Source: a virus
Taxonomy: Duplodnaviria; Caudoviricetes
Length of the DNA stretch: 64,000 bases
Virus record (IMG/VR): IMGVR_UViG_3300037067_026422
Direction: 5' to 3' (one strand)
Made by a program: the position numbers and the translations under genes. Shown in pieces: positions 36,585 through 45,923 of the stretch. Position 1 is the first letter of the stretch; the number at the start of each line of letters is the position of its first letter. The notes under the pieces are model-generated. The model made no database searches. It saw only the letters and a list, made by a program, of their open reading frames with translations, and was not told where the DNA came from.

Positions 36585-36893
36585 ATGCGTACATATAAAT
36601 TTCCATGTAGGCACCTCAGCTACCAAGAAGAAGATATGCAAATACTTGATCTGGACTATATCGTCTCGGTAGGGACTGCAAATGACTTCCATTATGAAGG
36701 TTCCTCTTGGAGAGAATCTCATGTAGAGTTCACAGTATATATAAAAATTGGGCAACCTATTGTTATACGTATTTTATCAGGAACAACAGGAAAGTGCCCA
36801 TCTAATTTCATAAGATGGGCCAATGAAGAACGACTTAAACTTATAAAAGCTTGGGAAAATAAAGATAAAACCAATCCAGAGGAATCAATATGA
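36585..36893 (+). CDS. Hypothetical protein, paralogue of 10974..11303
   Basis: DLDYIVSVG, FTVYIKIGQPI, ERLKLIKAWENKD. Confidence 0.75.
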   Translation: MRTYKFPCRHLSYQEEDMQILDLDYIVSVGTANDFHYEGSSWRESHVEFTVYIKIGQPIVIRILSGTTGKCPSNFIRWANEERLKLIKAWENKDKTNPEESI

Positions 36894-37225
36894 GTAAGAA
36901 ATTTCTAAAGATGCCAATAAAAAAAGATAAAAGTATCCTTAAAGAAGGGACTATCGGAGATCTTAAATATAAAATATTTGATCGAGGTAATATACAGATC
37001 TCAGAGGGGGATAAAATTTTCAGGAAAGAACTCACAATTCTTGAGAGGGTTCTTTCTGAAACAAATTATGAAACAATGAAAGAGGGAGACAGTATAAAGA
37101 TTGATGGTGCTGGAGATACTGACCCCCTTTTCATATACAAAGAAAAAGGGGTCATCGGATTGCGCTTGAGAAAAAACCTTCCGGTTATCATCAATGAACT
37201 CTTATCCATTATAGACTCCGTGTGA
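36890..37225 (+). CDS. Hypothetical protein
   Basis: GAGGA SD; ATGA overlap. Confidence 0.65.
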   Translation: MSKKFLKMPIKKDKSILKEGTIGDLKYKIFDRGNIQISEGDKIFRKELTILERVLSETNYETMKEGDSIKIDGAGDTDPLFIYKEKGVIGLRLRKNLPVIINELLSIIDSV

Positions 37226-37265
37226 TAGTGTACAGTATAGCTTATTACTTAATCAGGAGAAACAT

Positions 37266-37520
37266 TTGTCAAAGATAGACCTTCAGAGTGCTATAGATGC
37301 TGAATATCGAATCGATCAGTTGTTTCTTGAGTGTGATTTTTCAGCAAATCATCCAGTAATGCTTGATTGGGTAGCAATTAAATTTGCCTTGAAAAATGCC
37401 AGGCAGATTACCAAGAACACGGGACTACAACCAACAAACACCTGCGATCATATTTTTCGCAGTGACGGAAACCAAGTTAAGTGTACTGTGTGCAATGCTA
37501 TTTATGATCTCAAATGCTAA
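37266..37520 (+). CDS. Small Zn-binding protein
   Basis: AGGAG SD with TTG start; CDH..CTVC. Confidence 0.55.
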   Translation: MSKIDLQSAIDAEYRIDQLFLECDFSANHPVMLDWVAIKFALKNARQITKNTGLQPTNTCDHIFRSDGNQVKCTVCNAIYDLKC

Positions 37521-37553
37521 CAATGATATTTAATACTTTAAAAGGATAGCGTT

Positions 37554-37970
37554 ATGGAACAAATGTTGGTAATGGATCGCACTCTTGTGTGGGATCCCTG
37601 TCGATTGAAAGAAATCGATGAGGCAAAGGCACTATTTTTAAAATTTAAAAAACTTGGTCATACCATCATAAAAGCCAATGGCAGTCTTATGGAAAGATTT
37701 GAACCAGCTGCAGGACAGGCTACTGTTCTTGCTGAACAAATTAAATCCAATGTCATGAAAATACTCAATGATACTGGAGACGAAAGAATCATATGGACCA
37801 AAGAAAATGGAAAACAAGCAAAGAAAGCCAAAGAGACCTTCGAGGAATTAATAAAAAAAGGATACACAGCATATAGTGTGGGACGCGACGGCAATAAAAA
37901 GAACAAGATCACGGAGTTTGATGTTGACGCCGAAGAAATCATATTGATCCCTAAAACTTCCAAAGGTTGA
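37554..37970 (+). CDS. Tandem-domain small protein ending in Gly
   Basis: Internal duplication (W....E...AK..F....K.G ... F[ED]..A....L) twice; ends IILIPKTSKG. Confidence 0.7.
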   Translation: MEQMLVMDRTLVWDPCRLKEIDEAKALFLKFKKLGHTIIKANGSLMERFEPAAGQATVLAEQIKSNVMKILNDTGDERIIWTKENGKQAKKAKETFEELIKKGYTAYSVGRDGNKKNKITEFDVDAEEIILIPKTSKG

Positions 37971-38029
37971 TTAGCTGAAGTCTTGCTAATGACTGTACAT
38001 TATCTTGAAGTAATCAAAGGAAATTAAAA

Positions 38030-38722
38030 ATGGATCCGGATAATATTTATACAAACAGCATTTGGAATACTGCTCATACACCTACAGTACTTTATAGCAC
38101 CAATACCTTGGGTAACAGGGATGAAATTGTCTATCTACGCAATAACGGTTATACCACTACAGGGACATACAATTTTACGTATTTATACAATGGTTATACC
38201 TACAGAGGGACAGACCTGAGCATAAGCTATGATGAAGAGTATCCAGGATATATTTCAAAATGGACCTACAATCCTCATTGGGATTTTAAAATACAATTCC
38301 CATATATGACTCAGTTTGATATGCCCCAAGACACTGCGGTTGATGCAAAACGGCGTGAAATAAAAAGCAACCTCACCATCATCATAAAGAGCAGGACACA
38401 GGAACTTAAAAATATCCCAACAAATGAATGGGTAGCTATGCAAACTCTTCGGGAGATGGTCACTGAAGCGGAGTTCAGAAAATACCTGAAAGATGGATTC
38501 ATCACTATTAAAGGGCAAAGTGGGAAAGTATATCAAATATTCCGGAACCGACCACATACCAAGGTCTATGAGCAAGGGAAACTTATTGAGGAAATTTGTG
38601 TTAGGTTGGATTATAGTATCCCGGCTACCGATAGTGTTATTGCTTTCAAAACTATGATAGAGACTGATGAGGAACTTTTTGCATCCCTCGGTAACCGATA
38701 TAATATGCAGAAAGCTGCTTAA
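38030..38722 (+). CDS. Hypothetical protein with C-terminal GQSGKVYQI..IC..P..D..DE..N domain
   Basis: 230 aa; C-terminal ~100-aa domain with a single Cys. Confidence 0.7.
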   Translation: MDPDNIYTNSIWNTAHTPTVLYSTNTLGNRDEIVYLRNNGYTTTGTYNFTYLYNGYTYRGTDLSISYDEEYPGYISKWTYNPHWDFKIQFPYMTQFDMPQDTAVDAKRREIKSNLTIIIKSRTQELKNIPTNEWVAMQTLREMVTEAEFRKYLKDGFITIKGQSGKVYQIFRNRPHTKVYEQGKLIEEICVRLDYSIPATDSVIAFKTMIETDEELFASLGNRYNMQKAA

Positions 38723-39015
38723 TGTTAAAAAAGATGATTTTCTTGATTAGCATGTTTCTGCTAACCATTACATATGCATATGATAGCATTTTGACAAGAT
38801 ATGCTGGAGTAGTAGAAGACATAAAATATGTTAGGGAGTCAAAAACAGGATACCTGTTCGTAGTTTGTACTGATAATGATCGTATCTATCAAATACTCAG
38901 TAATGGATTACCTTATTTCGGAGTAGGGGATACAGTCATGGAATATTGGTTTGATTATAAAATGAAAGGTATTGGTAAGAAAAATAAACTGTATTATTAT
39001 ACTGTAGTAAAGTGA
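38722..39015 (+). CDS. Secreted hypothetical protein
   Basis: Signal-peptide-like N-terminus. Confidence 0.6.
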   Translation: MLKKMIFLISMFLLTITYAYDSILTRYAGVVEDIKYVRESKTGYLFVVCTDNDRIYQILSNGLPYFGVGDTVMEYWFDYKMKGIGKKNKLYYYTVVK

Positions 39016-39118
39016 GGAGAATAGACACAGTGCTACCAATTATTCTTTAATGTGCCTGATTCCTGTTCTTTAGAAAAAAGGCAAAGCTTATTAAACACAT
39101 TATAGAGGAGATTAAATT

Positions 39119-39688
39119 ATGCTTCGTTTACCACTAATAGTCATTATAATAATGACTTCAATGTCTTACACACAGGCTCAAGACTCCACCATAAGTATTA
39201 AAGTATCAGATCTTGAAAAACTTGTCCCGGGAGCTTCAGTAGCTTTGAAAAAGGCTACCGAAGTTGAAGCTACTGAAGCTGCTCTTGAAAAACGAATAGA
39301 ACGATACGGCAGTTATGTGGGAGTTGGTAAAGAAATAGGAATAGCCGTCAACAGTGCCCTCGAAGCAGTAAATGACCAGGTAGTCAAATTTTCCGAAACA
39401 AAATTAGGAAAGATCACTGTTTTCCTAGTAGTATGGAAAGTTTTATATAAAGATGTCTTAGGTATAATAATAGGTATCCCACTATTATTAGGATGGACGG
39501 CTATCTTCGTATGGGTGATGGTTTATTTTTTCATGAAAAGAAAAATCAAATACACGGACAAAAACGGGCAAGTAGTTGAAGAAATTGTCGATAATGATTG
39601 GAACGATAATAAATGGGCAGGCATTGCCGTGACTGGAATCGGTTATGTTGTTATAGCTTGGGTAATTGTTGGGGGTGTAATACTATGA
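39119..39688 (+). CDS. Membrane protein with signal peptide
   Basis: GAGGAG SD; signal peptide plus TM helices. Confidence 0.7.
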   Translation: MLRLPLIVIIIMTSMSYTQAQDSTISIKVSDLEKLVPGASVALKKATEVEATEAALEKRIERYGSYVGVGKEIGIAVNSALEAVNDQVVKFSETKLGKITVFLVVWKVLYKDVLGIIIGIPLLLGWTAIFVWVMVYFFMKRKIKYTDKNGQVVEEIVDNDWNDNKWAGIAVTGIGYVVIAWVIVGGVIL

Positions 39689-40542
39689 ACGTGAATGCCT
39701 ATTTTCAAATTGGATCCTCGCACAAAGTATGCGAAGACTATGCCCTCTCTGGGCTGTATGAAGATATGGCCTATATCATAGTTTCTGATGGATGCTCCTC
39801 TTCCACAGACAGTGATGTAGGAGCCCGTATCCTGTCTCATATAGCTAAAGGTGTCCTGATTTATCTTAAGGGAAGAGATATTCTACTATCAGAAGCATTC
39901 CCGGATATCTTTCGGGAGCTTATGCTGAGAAAGTGTCTGGAAGTAAAAACCTCATTAGGGCTTATCACAGATGTATTTGATGCTACACTACTCATAAGTG
40001 TAGTCTTAGGTGGTAAAATGGTATGCTTGGGATGGGGAGATGGATATCTTGCTCTTGTGGACAAGAACAACACTATCAACTTTTTAGAGATCAAGTTTTC
40101 ATCCGGAGCCCCCTACTATCTCTCTTATGAAATGAACCCAAGTAAGAAAAGTGCCTATCAAAAAGAATTTGGGGGAGGTGAGTTATGTCTCACCCAATGT
40201 ACATTAGATTCCTCTGGAGGAATGTCTAATCTTGTCACTAAAAGTTCTCCAATACAATATCAGCACACTTTAGAAATAGCGGATAATATTACCGGTCTTA
40301 AATGTATAACACTATTGAGTGACGGCATCGACACCTATCAAGATGACCCCAGATTCCAGCATCCTGAGGGAAAAGAGAAACTCAAGTACAAAGCCTCAGA
40401 AATGGTGTTACCCCTGGTCTCTTATAAGAGTACTGCCGGAGAATTTGTCATACGAAGAATGCAGCGCAATAAAGAGGATCTGGACAAGAAGCATATCCTT
40501 CATTTTGATGATGTGTCCTGTGCAACCATAGTACTGGACTAA
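39685..40542 (+). CDS. PP2C-like protein phosphatase (TerY-P type)
   Basis: GSSH.VCED, VSDGCSS, DATL, GDG, LSDG, DD motifs. Confidence 0.88.
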   Translation: MNVNAYFQIGSSHKVCEDYALSGLYEDMAYIIVSDGCSSSTDSDVGARILSHIAKGVLIYLKGRDILLSEAFPDIFRELMLRKCLEVKTSLGLITDVFDATLLISVVLGGKMVCLGWGDGYLALVDKNNTINFLEIKFSSGAPYYLSYEMNPSKKSAYQKEFGGGELCLTQCTLDSSGGMSNLVTKSSPIQYQHTLEIADNITGLKCITLLSDGIDTYQDDPRFQHPEGKEKLKYKASEMVLPLVSYKSTAGEFVIRRMQRNKEDLDKKHILHFDDVSCATIVLD

Positions 40543-40562
40543 TTATTTACCCTAACATAAGG

Positions 40563-40850
40563 ATGGGTGTCATGGAAGCTAACGAAGCAGTTATTAATTT
40601 TGAGAATCAAGAGAAGCTTGATGCCTTCGTGAACAATTTCCCGGAGAATCAGCATATTGTAATGGACGAAGATAGTCTTAGGATACATTGCTACTTTCGT
40701 ATGGTAGAAGGTAACTACCAAAGAACAACTGTCCAAATAAAAAAAGAAAATGAAAGCTTATTTGAGGTAAAAACTTCTGTGGGAGGTGGCATAATATTAC
40801 TCGACAAAAACCAGACGGATTTATTTGATTTGGAACCCGTATTTGCCTGA
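40563..40850 (+). CDS. Hypothetical protein
   Basis: 95-aa acidic ORF. Confidence 0.6.
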   Translation: MGVMEANEAVINFENQEKLDAFVNNFPENQHIVMDEDSLRIHCYFRMVEGNYQRTTVQIKKENESLFEVKTSVGGGIILLDKNQTDLFDLEPVFA

Positions 40851-40946
40851 TATTAGTAGATAATATTTGAGCTTGATTAATTAATTAATTAATTTTATTT
40901 TAGTATATTATATACACAAAAAGCTGCATAAATAAAGGAGATAGTA

Positions 40947-41078
40947 ATGGATGGGGAAGTAAAAAAGGTGTTATTTGGTGTAGGAGCTATAATAATAGCT
41001 ATAATCACCATTGCCGGAGTATTAGGGAAAGATGTAGGAAGTATAATAACAACTATTTTAATGGCTATCGCTAAGTAG
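40947..41078 (+). CDS. 43-aa membrane microprotein (not in ORF track)
   Basis: AAGGAG SD; MDGEVKKVLFGVGAIIIAIITIAGVLGKDVGSIITTILMAIAK*; ends 3 nt before the kinase ATG. Confidence 0.6.
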   Translation: MDGEVKKVLFGVGAIIIAIITIAGVLGKDVGSIITTILMAIAK

Positions 41079-41081
41079 AAT

Positions 41082-42782
41082 ATGAACCTACCAATCAAAG
41101 TCATAGTAAAAGGAAAAGGTGAACAAACCCTTGATCAAAATTCTTATGTAGCAGCGGGGGGATTTGGAACTGTATGCAAATTAGGCAGTGTGGCCTATAA
41201 AATATACCATGACTCAAAAAGCATGATCTCTCAAGCTAAAATAGACGAACTCCAGGCTATCTCCCACCTCGATAATGTACTCGGTCCCCGGGATACTCTT
41301 CTTGATCCTAAATCAAATGCTCCAATAGGGTTCACAATGCCTTACATCAAGGATACAGAGTTCCTCACCAGATTATTTAATAAGAATTACAGGGCAGATA
41401 ACAGCATCACTCCGGAAATGATTGTGAGCCTGGTAAAAATCATGCAGACTACCCTCTCCGAGATACATAAGTGTGGTATCCTGACGATTGATTTCAATGA
41501 AATGAATTTTCTAACCACTATGAAGTATGACAAGATTTATTTCATTGATGTAGACTCTTATCAAACAAAATCTTTTCCAGCGACTGCTCTTATGGAAAGT
41601 GTACGGGATCGATTATCTCCTAAAGGACTATTTTCTGAAAAAACAGACTGGTTCTCCTTTGCTATAGTATCATTCCAAATGTACATGACTTACCATCCAT
41701 ACATGAAAGGTAAGCATCCAAAGTATCTACCTAAGGACTGGTCTGCTCGAATGGACAAAAACATAAGTGTCTTCCATCCTGATGTCATACTCGCTGATAT
41801 ATGGAAAGATTTTGGAGTCATTCCTCCACCTCATATGGAGTGGTACAAGGCAGTCTTTCATAAGGGAGATAGATGCGCACCCCCACTGCCAGATGGAGCT
41901 ATCCTTATAGGTCCTATGCAGCCTACACTCATAACTGGAAATGAGCAGTTTGTGGTAAAGAAGCTATTGGATTTCCCGGAACCTATCATAGGATACTATT
42001 TCTTGAATGGGTTAATGTATGTCATCACCACCAAAGCCATATACACTGGTAATAGAAAAGTTAAAGATCTTGGGACAGTATCAAAAGGTGTTAGCTTGGT
42101 AAATGTACCCGGCTCTGATCCTGTACTGGCTATAAAATCAGAAGCTATAATTACTTTTGAGGACATATCTGGAAAACAGATAGGACAGATCGCAGCTACA
42201 CAAGCGATGCACTACAATGGTAATATTTATACGGTTTACAACGGTCGACTAACCGAGAATAGTTTTATACATGCCGGAAAAAACGTGATACACTCTACCA
42301 AACAGGTAAGCAATATATTTGAACCTGCTACCAGACTCTTTTCTGGTGTGGCTATCCAGGATATACTTGGAAAAAGTTGGGTAGCTATTCCCTATCAGAT
42401 CGGGAGATGCATTAATATCCCTGTAAAAGAATTGGAAGGCATGCGTATTATTGATGCAAAGTTCGAACATCATATCCTGATGGTCATCTCTGAGAAAAAA
42501 GGGAAGTACTCTCGATATATCTTTTGTTTTGAGGAAAGTATGTTAATGTATACCTGTAGAGTAGAAGATGATGTGAATGAAACATCAGTGAGCTTCACTT
42601 GTCTGAGTAACGGTATCTGTGTTCATCTCTCTGACGATGATACCCTTGAAGTCTTTCGGGACAATAGTAAGATAAAAACAGTAAAAAACCCTCCTATCAC
42701 TACAGATATGAAGTTGGTCAATGATTCTACTGGTATTATATTTATTAATAAGAAAGGACTTTATAGCTTAAAGCTCAAATAG
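41082..42782 (+). CDS. Ser/Thr protein kinase (TerY-P type) with beta-rich C-terminal domain
   Basis: Gly loop AGGFGTV, AYKIY, catalytic DFNEMN, FIDVDS, TDWFSFA. Confidence 0.85.
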   Translation: MNLPIKVIVKGKGEQTLDQNSYVAAGGFGTVCKLGSVAYKIYHDSKSMISQAKIDELQAISHLDNVLGPRDTLLDPKSNAPIGFTMPYIKDTEFLTRLFNKNYRADNSITPEMIVSLVKIMQTTLSEIHKCGILTIDFNEMNFLTTMKYDKIYFIDVDSYQTKSFPATALMESVRDRLSPKGLFSEKTDWFSFAIVSFQMYMTYHPYMKGKHPKYLPKDWSARMDKNISVFHPDVILADIWKDFGVIPPPHMEWYKAVFHKGDRCAPPLPDGAILIGPMQPTLITGNEQFVVKKLLDFPEPIIGYYFLNGLMYVITTKAIYTGNRKVKDLGTVSKGVSLVNVPGSDPVLAIKSEAIITFEDISGKQIGQIAATQAMHYNGNIYTVYNGRLTENSFIHAGKNVIHSTKQVSNIFEPATRLFSGVAIQDILGKSWVAIPYQIGRCINIPVKELEGMRIIDAKFEHHILMVISEKKGKYSRYIFCFEESMLMYTCRVEDDVNETSVSFTCLSNGICVHLSDDDTLEVFRDNSKIKTVKNPPITTDMKLVNDSTGIIFINKKGLYSLKLK

Positions 42783-43173
42783 AGGATAGATATCTGAGAA
42801 GAACTTTATGAATAAGTTCCTGAGAGGCTTTCTTCTTACGTGGTTTGTTTCGGGGACTCTTTTTCCAGAAATGGTTTCCGCGGGAAACATGGTCTCTTTG
42901 ATGGTCTCCATTGGTGACCAACTCTAAGTTAGAAATCTTATTATTAGTCTTATCTTTGTCTTTGTGGTCTACCTGTTCTTTATCAGTGAGGAGACGTCCA
43001 AGATGATTCTCCATCGTGACCCTGTGAAGATATATATACCGAGCCTTCCTATCAGACCTAGATTCTGAATGAGGGTGGACGGGCTCAGTCTGGCAATATA
43101 AATATCCGTCTTTGGTAGCCTTTATAATGCTACCCGGGATGATTTTAAAGTGTATACTGGCTTTCTCACTCAT
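42775..43173 (-). CDS. Free-standing HNH endonuclease
   Basis: LHRVTMENHLGR..VDHKDKDKTNNKISNL. Confidence 0.85.
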   Translation of the reverse strand: MSEKASIHFKIIPGSIIKATKDGYLYCQTEPVHPHSESRSDRKARYIYLHRVTMENHLGRLLTDKEQVDHKDKDKTNNKISNLELVTNGDHQRDHVSRGNHFWKKSPRNKPRKKKASQELIHKVLLRYLSSI

Positions 43174-43405
43174 ACTCTTACTAAAATATTAGGAGGTTAT
43201 CGGAAAATACCTTAAAACAAAGGCTTGTTTTGTTTTTTTTAGCCCTTATTCACACTACAAATTAGTATATTTAATATATAAACTATGGGTTAAACCAACT
43301 CATAGCTTAACCCTTGAGAGAAGTAAGAGTTTTCCCTACATGAGTGGGAATATTTCTTTCACTGTGCTCACTTTTAGGAACTTAGAAAGTAGCAGACATA
43401 CTACG

Positions 43406-43795
43406 ATGGATGATACCGTTTCAAAGAAGGTGGGGGGTCAGACTCGAGCTGATGCTGCCAGACATGAACTCAAAAAAATATTCAAAAGTGATTCTCATCC
43501 AATGTACCTTTATAAGGATATTGAGTTAGCCAATCACTTCAGTGTCGCACGACACACCATATATAGCATTAGAGAAGAACTTGGGATACCCCCAAGAACC
43601 GAACGCATAATAAAAAAGCTCAAAAACATGGATACTAATAAGTATACCATTAATGAGCTCTCGGCTATGCTGAAGATAAAGTATCAAAATCTGTACAAGG
43701 TTCTCACTGAGGATAATATACCGGTGAAGCCTGATACCCCACCGATCGAAGCAATGATCAAATACCAAAAATCCAGGAAAAAGAAAATAACCTAA
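43406..43795 (+). CDS. RpoN-box (sigma54 DBD)-like HTH plus second HTH
   Basis: D.ELA..F.VARHTIYSIREELGIP resembles RpoN ARRTVAKYRE.L.IP; second HTH TINELSAMLKIKYQNLY. Confidence 0.6.
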   Translation: MDDTVSKKVGGQTRADAARHELKKIFKSDSHPMYLYKDIELANHFSVARHTIYSIREELGIPPRTERIIKKLKNMDTNKYTINELSAMLKIKYQNLYKVLTEDNIPVKPDTPPIEAMIKYQKSRKKKIT

Positions 43796-44217
43796 GCCAG
43801 GGTACCATCAGTAGTTACTTTGACTTTCCTCCATATATTGTTTGTATAATCAAATCCGTGTATTTCTACTGCCTTATACTGAGCTGAAAGCTCTGGTAAT
43901 GAAGGCACATATTCAATAGCACTGGGGTTGACAGCATCCTCCACACCAAGGACATTTACACCCTTAAGCCTCATATAAAAGACAGAATTGATAGTCTGTC
44001 CTATGGTTTCTCTCTTAAATTTGTAAAAGATATGCCTGTTACTATAATAAAAATCCGGTGTATTAGGGATACCCCCTTTTATCAAAGCTTCACCAGCCAT
44101 ATCAGAAGCTACGGACCAATACAAATTATATGAGGCATATGTTCCGGTACTGTCAAAGTCCCAGTATACTCGTATCTCCGAATCATTATAGGATATTTGA
44201 ATTGTTGGTGCTGCCAT
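43792..44217 (-). CDS. Fn3-like putative virion protein
   Basis: Beta-rich: VYWD..SYNLYW..FYMRLKGV. Confidence 0.5.
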   Translation of the reverse strand: MAAPTIQISYNDSEIRVYWDFDSTGTYASYNLYWSVASDMAGEALIKGGIPNTPDFYYSNRHIFYKFKRETIGQTINSVFYMRLKGVNVLGVEDAVNPSAIEYVPSLPELSAQYKAVEIHGFDYTNNIWRKVKVTTDGTLA

Positions 44218-44257
44218 GTTCTACTCCTTTTTCAGAGCTAATTGTATTAACGTATTA

Positions 44258-45892
44258 TTAAGCTATCCCATAACACTTGAAGATACTTCTACATGTCTCA
44301 TCTATAGTAGGAAGATAAACTTCCCAGGCTTCCTTCTTGAGCTCTGCAGTAGCCCCACCTTCCATATAACTCGTAGGGCGTTGATCACAGTCATCCAAAG
44401 TAAGCTTCTTATAGTGTGCTATGGCTTTATGATAATTACTTATCTTTCCATCTGGACACTCTCTGAAAGGCAAGATATGATCAGGATGCTTACAGGTAGG
44501 CATCACTATTATCCAGTTATCAAATGCTCCTGCCATATGCACTGGGACAGAATCATTAGAAATCAATACAGGAGCTCTTGAAATTGCAGAGATCAGTGTC
44601 CCGACAGATGTTCTGTCTATAAGATTTATAGAATTGTCTCTTAGTTTGAGCTGATATGCTCCACGATTCTCTTGATCATCAGTACCTATAAGACATACCG
44701 GGATCTTTTCAGAGATCCTGTCTACTATCTCCTGCCACCATTCTTCCGGAAAGGATTTGCTTGCCCAATGGCGACCGGCATGCACTATGACCGCTTTAGT
44801 AAGATCAAACCCACCCAGGATACTGTCCAGTTCTTCATCATCTTCAGTTGATACCTCCAACTTGATAACCTTATCAGGAAGAGGCAGCACTCTTTGCAGA
44901 GACGCTATCGAGCAATAGTCTACTGTATGGCAAAGTAAATTAGATATTACAGAATATGTGACAGTAGTAGTATCCGGGAAGGTAGCCATCTTATAAAATG
45001 GAGTATATTTTCTTGGGTCAAACTCATCGTGACTATATACAGGATATTTACTATGTTTGAATAGACGAGGCCAGTGTGTAGTGATAACCACTCTCGCCTC
45101 GTCTTTATATACTTTTTCAATAAATCTTAATGTAGGCTCAGCATCTACCTGATCTCCCATACCACCAGATACTACCACTACTATATTTCGCTTGTATATA
45201 TAATCAGGGGTATCCTTTTTCCAGGTATTAATATCTCCGGATACTATACTATGGATCTCATCCCCAGATGTGGAATAACGATACCCCGCATAATGTATAA
45301 TATACGAAGCATGTCGTACCTCTCCCGAAATATCAAGGCAAGTCATTCGGTTGAACTTATATGACAGATCATACATTAATGATTCTTCTTGTTTTCTTCT
45401 GCTTTCATCGATGGCTATTTTGAGATTGAGGTATCCCTGCTCATAAAAGTTGGAGAATTCCTTTTCAGGCTTTTTGAAGAAATACTTATGACATTTTGAT
45501 ACTACCAGGACACCTGAATTATAATACTTACCATTCCAGTTGATATTTCCTATGTCTATCCCATAAGCCTGTGCAGTTTCTATCAAGGAATATTCACGAG
45601 GAACAAATTTGGCTTCATTGAATCCTCCCATCTTATTATATGGGACGACATCAAATAAATCCGGACAATCCTCCCTGATTATAAGATCTGTATCAAGATA
45701 TATGACACGGTCATAGGTGTTGAGAAGATTACATATTTGAAACTTCTCCCAATGGGGAGTAGTTTTACAGGAGTCAATGACTATGAACTCTGCACCTAAC
45801 CTATCTGCATATGCTTTTATGGTAGGGTGGGTCAGAACTGAAAGTTTTTTAAATTCATCTCCGATACAAATAGTAACAATTGCTTTTTTCAT
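44258..45892 (-). CDS. Bifunctional glycosyltransferase: GT8-like (GT-A) fused to GT9-like (GT-B)
   Basis: YLDTD, YNSGV, IIHYAG; then GGMGD and ISNDSVPVHMAGAF. Confidence 0.85.
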   Translation of the reverse strand: MKKAIVTICIGDEFKKLSVLTHPTIKAYADRLGAEFIVIDSCKTTPHWEKFQICNLLNTYDRVIYLDTDLIIREDCPDLFDVVPYNKMGGFNEAKFVPREYSLIETAQAYGIDIGNINWNGKYYNSGVLVVSKCHKYFFKKPEKEFSNFYEQGYLNLKIAIDESRRKQEESLMYDLSYKFNRMTCLDISGEVRHASYIIHYAGYRYSTSGDEIHSIVSGDINTWKKDTPDYIYKRNIVVVVSGGMGDQVDAEPTLRFIEKVYKDEARVVITTHWPRLFKHSKYPVYSHDEFDPRKYTPFYKMATFPDTTTVTYSVISNLLCHTVDYCSIASLQRVLPLPDKVIKLEVSTEDDEELDSILGGFDLTKAVIVHAGRHWASKSFPEEWWQEIVDRISEKIPVCLIGTDDQENRGAYQLKLRDNSINLIDRTSVGTLISAISRAPVLISNDSVPVHMAGAFDNWIIVMPTCKHPDHILPFRECPDGKISNYHKAIAHYKKLTLDDCDQRPTSYMEGGATAELKKEAWEVYLPTIDETCRSIFKCYGIA

Positions 45893-45923
45893 TTTATACC
45901 CATCTTATTTAATATTATATTTA

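Noticed and set aside
101-42473. Numerous 60-160-aa minus-strand ORFs opposite + strand genes
   Set aside because: They fully overlap better-supported + genes and have no recognisable motifs; only the HD-GYP and HNH genes were kept.
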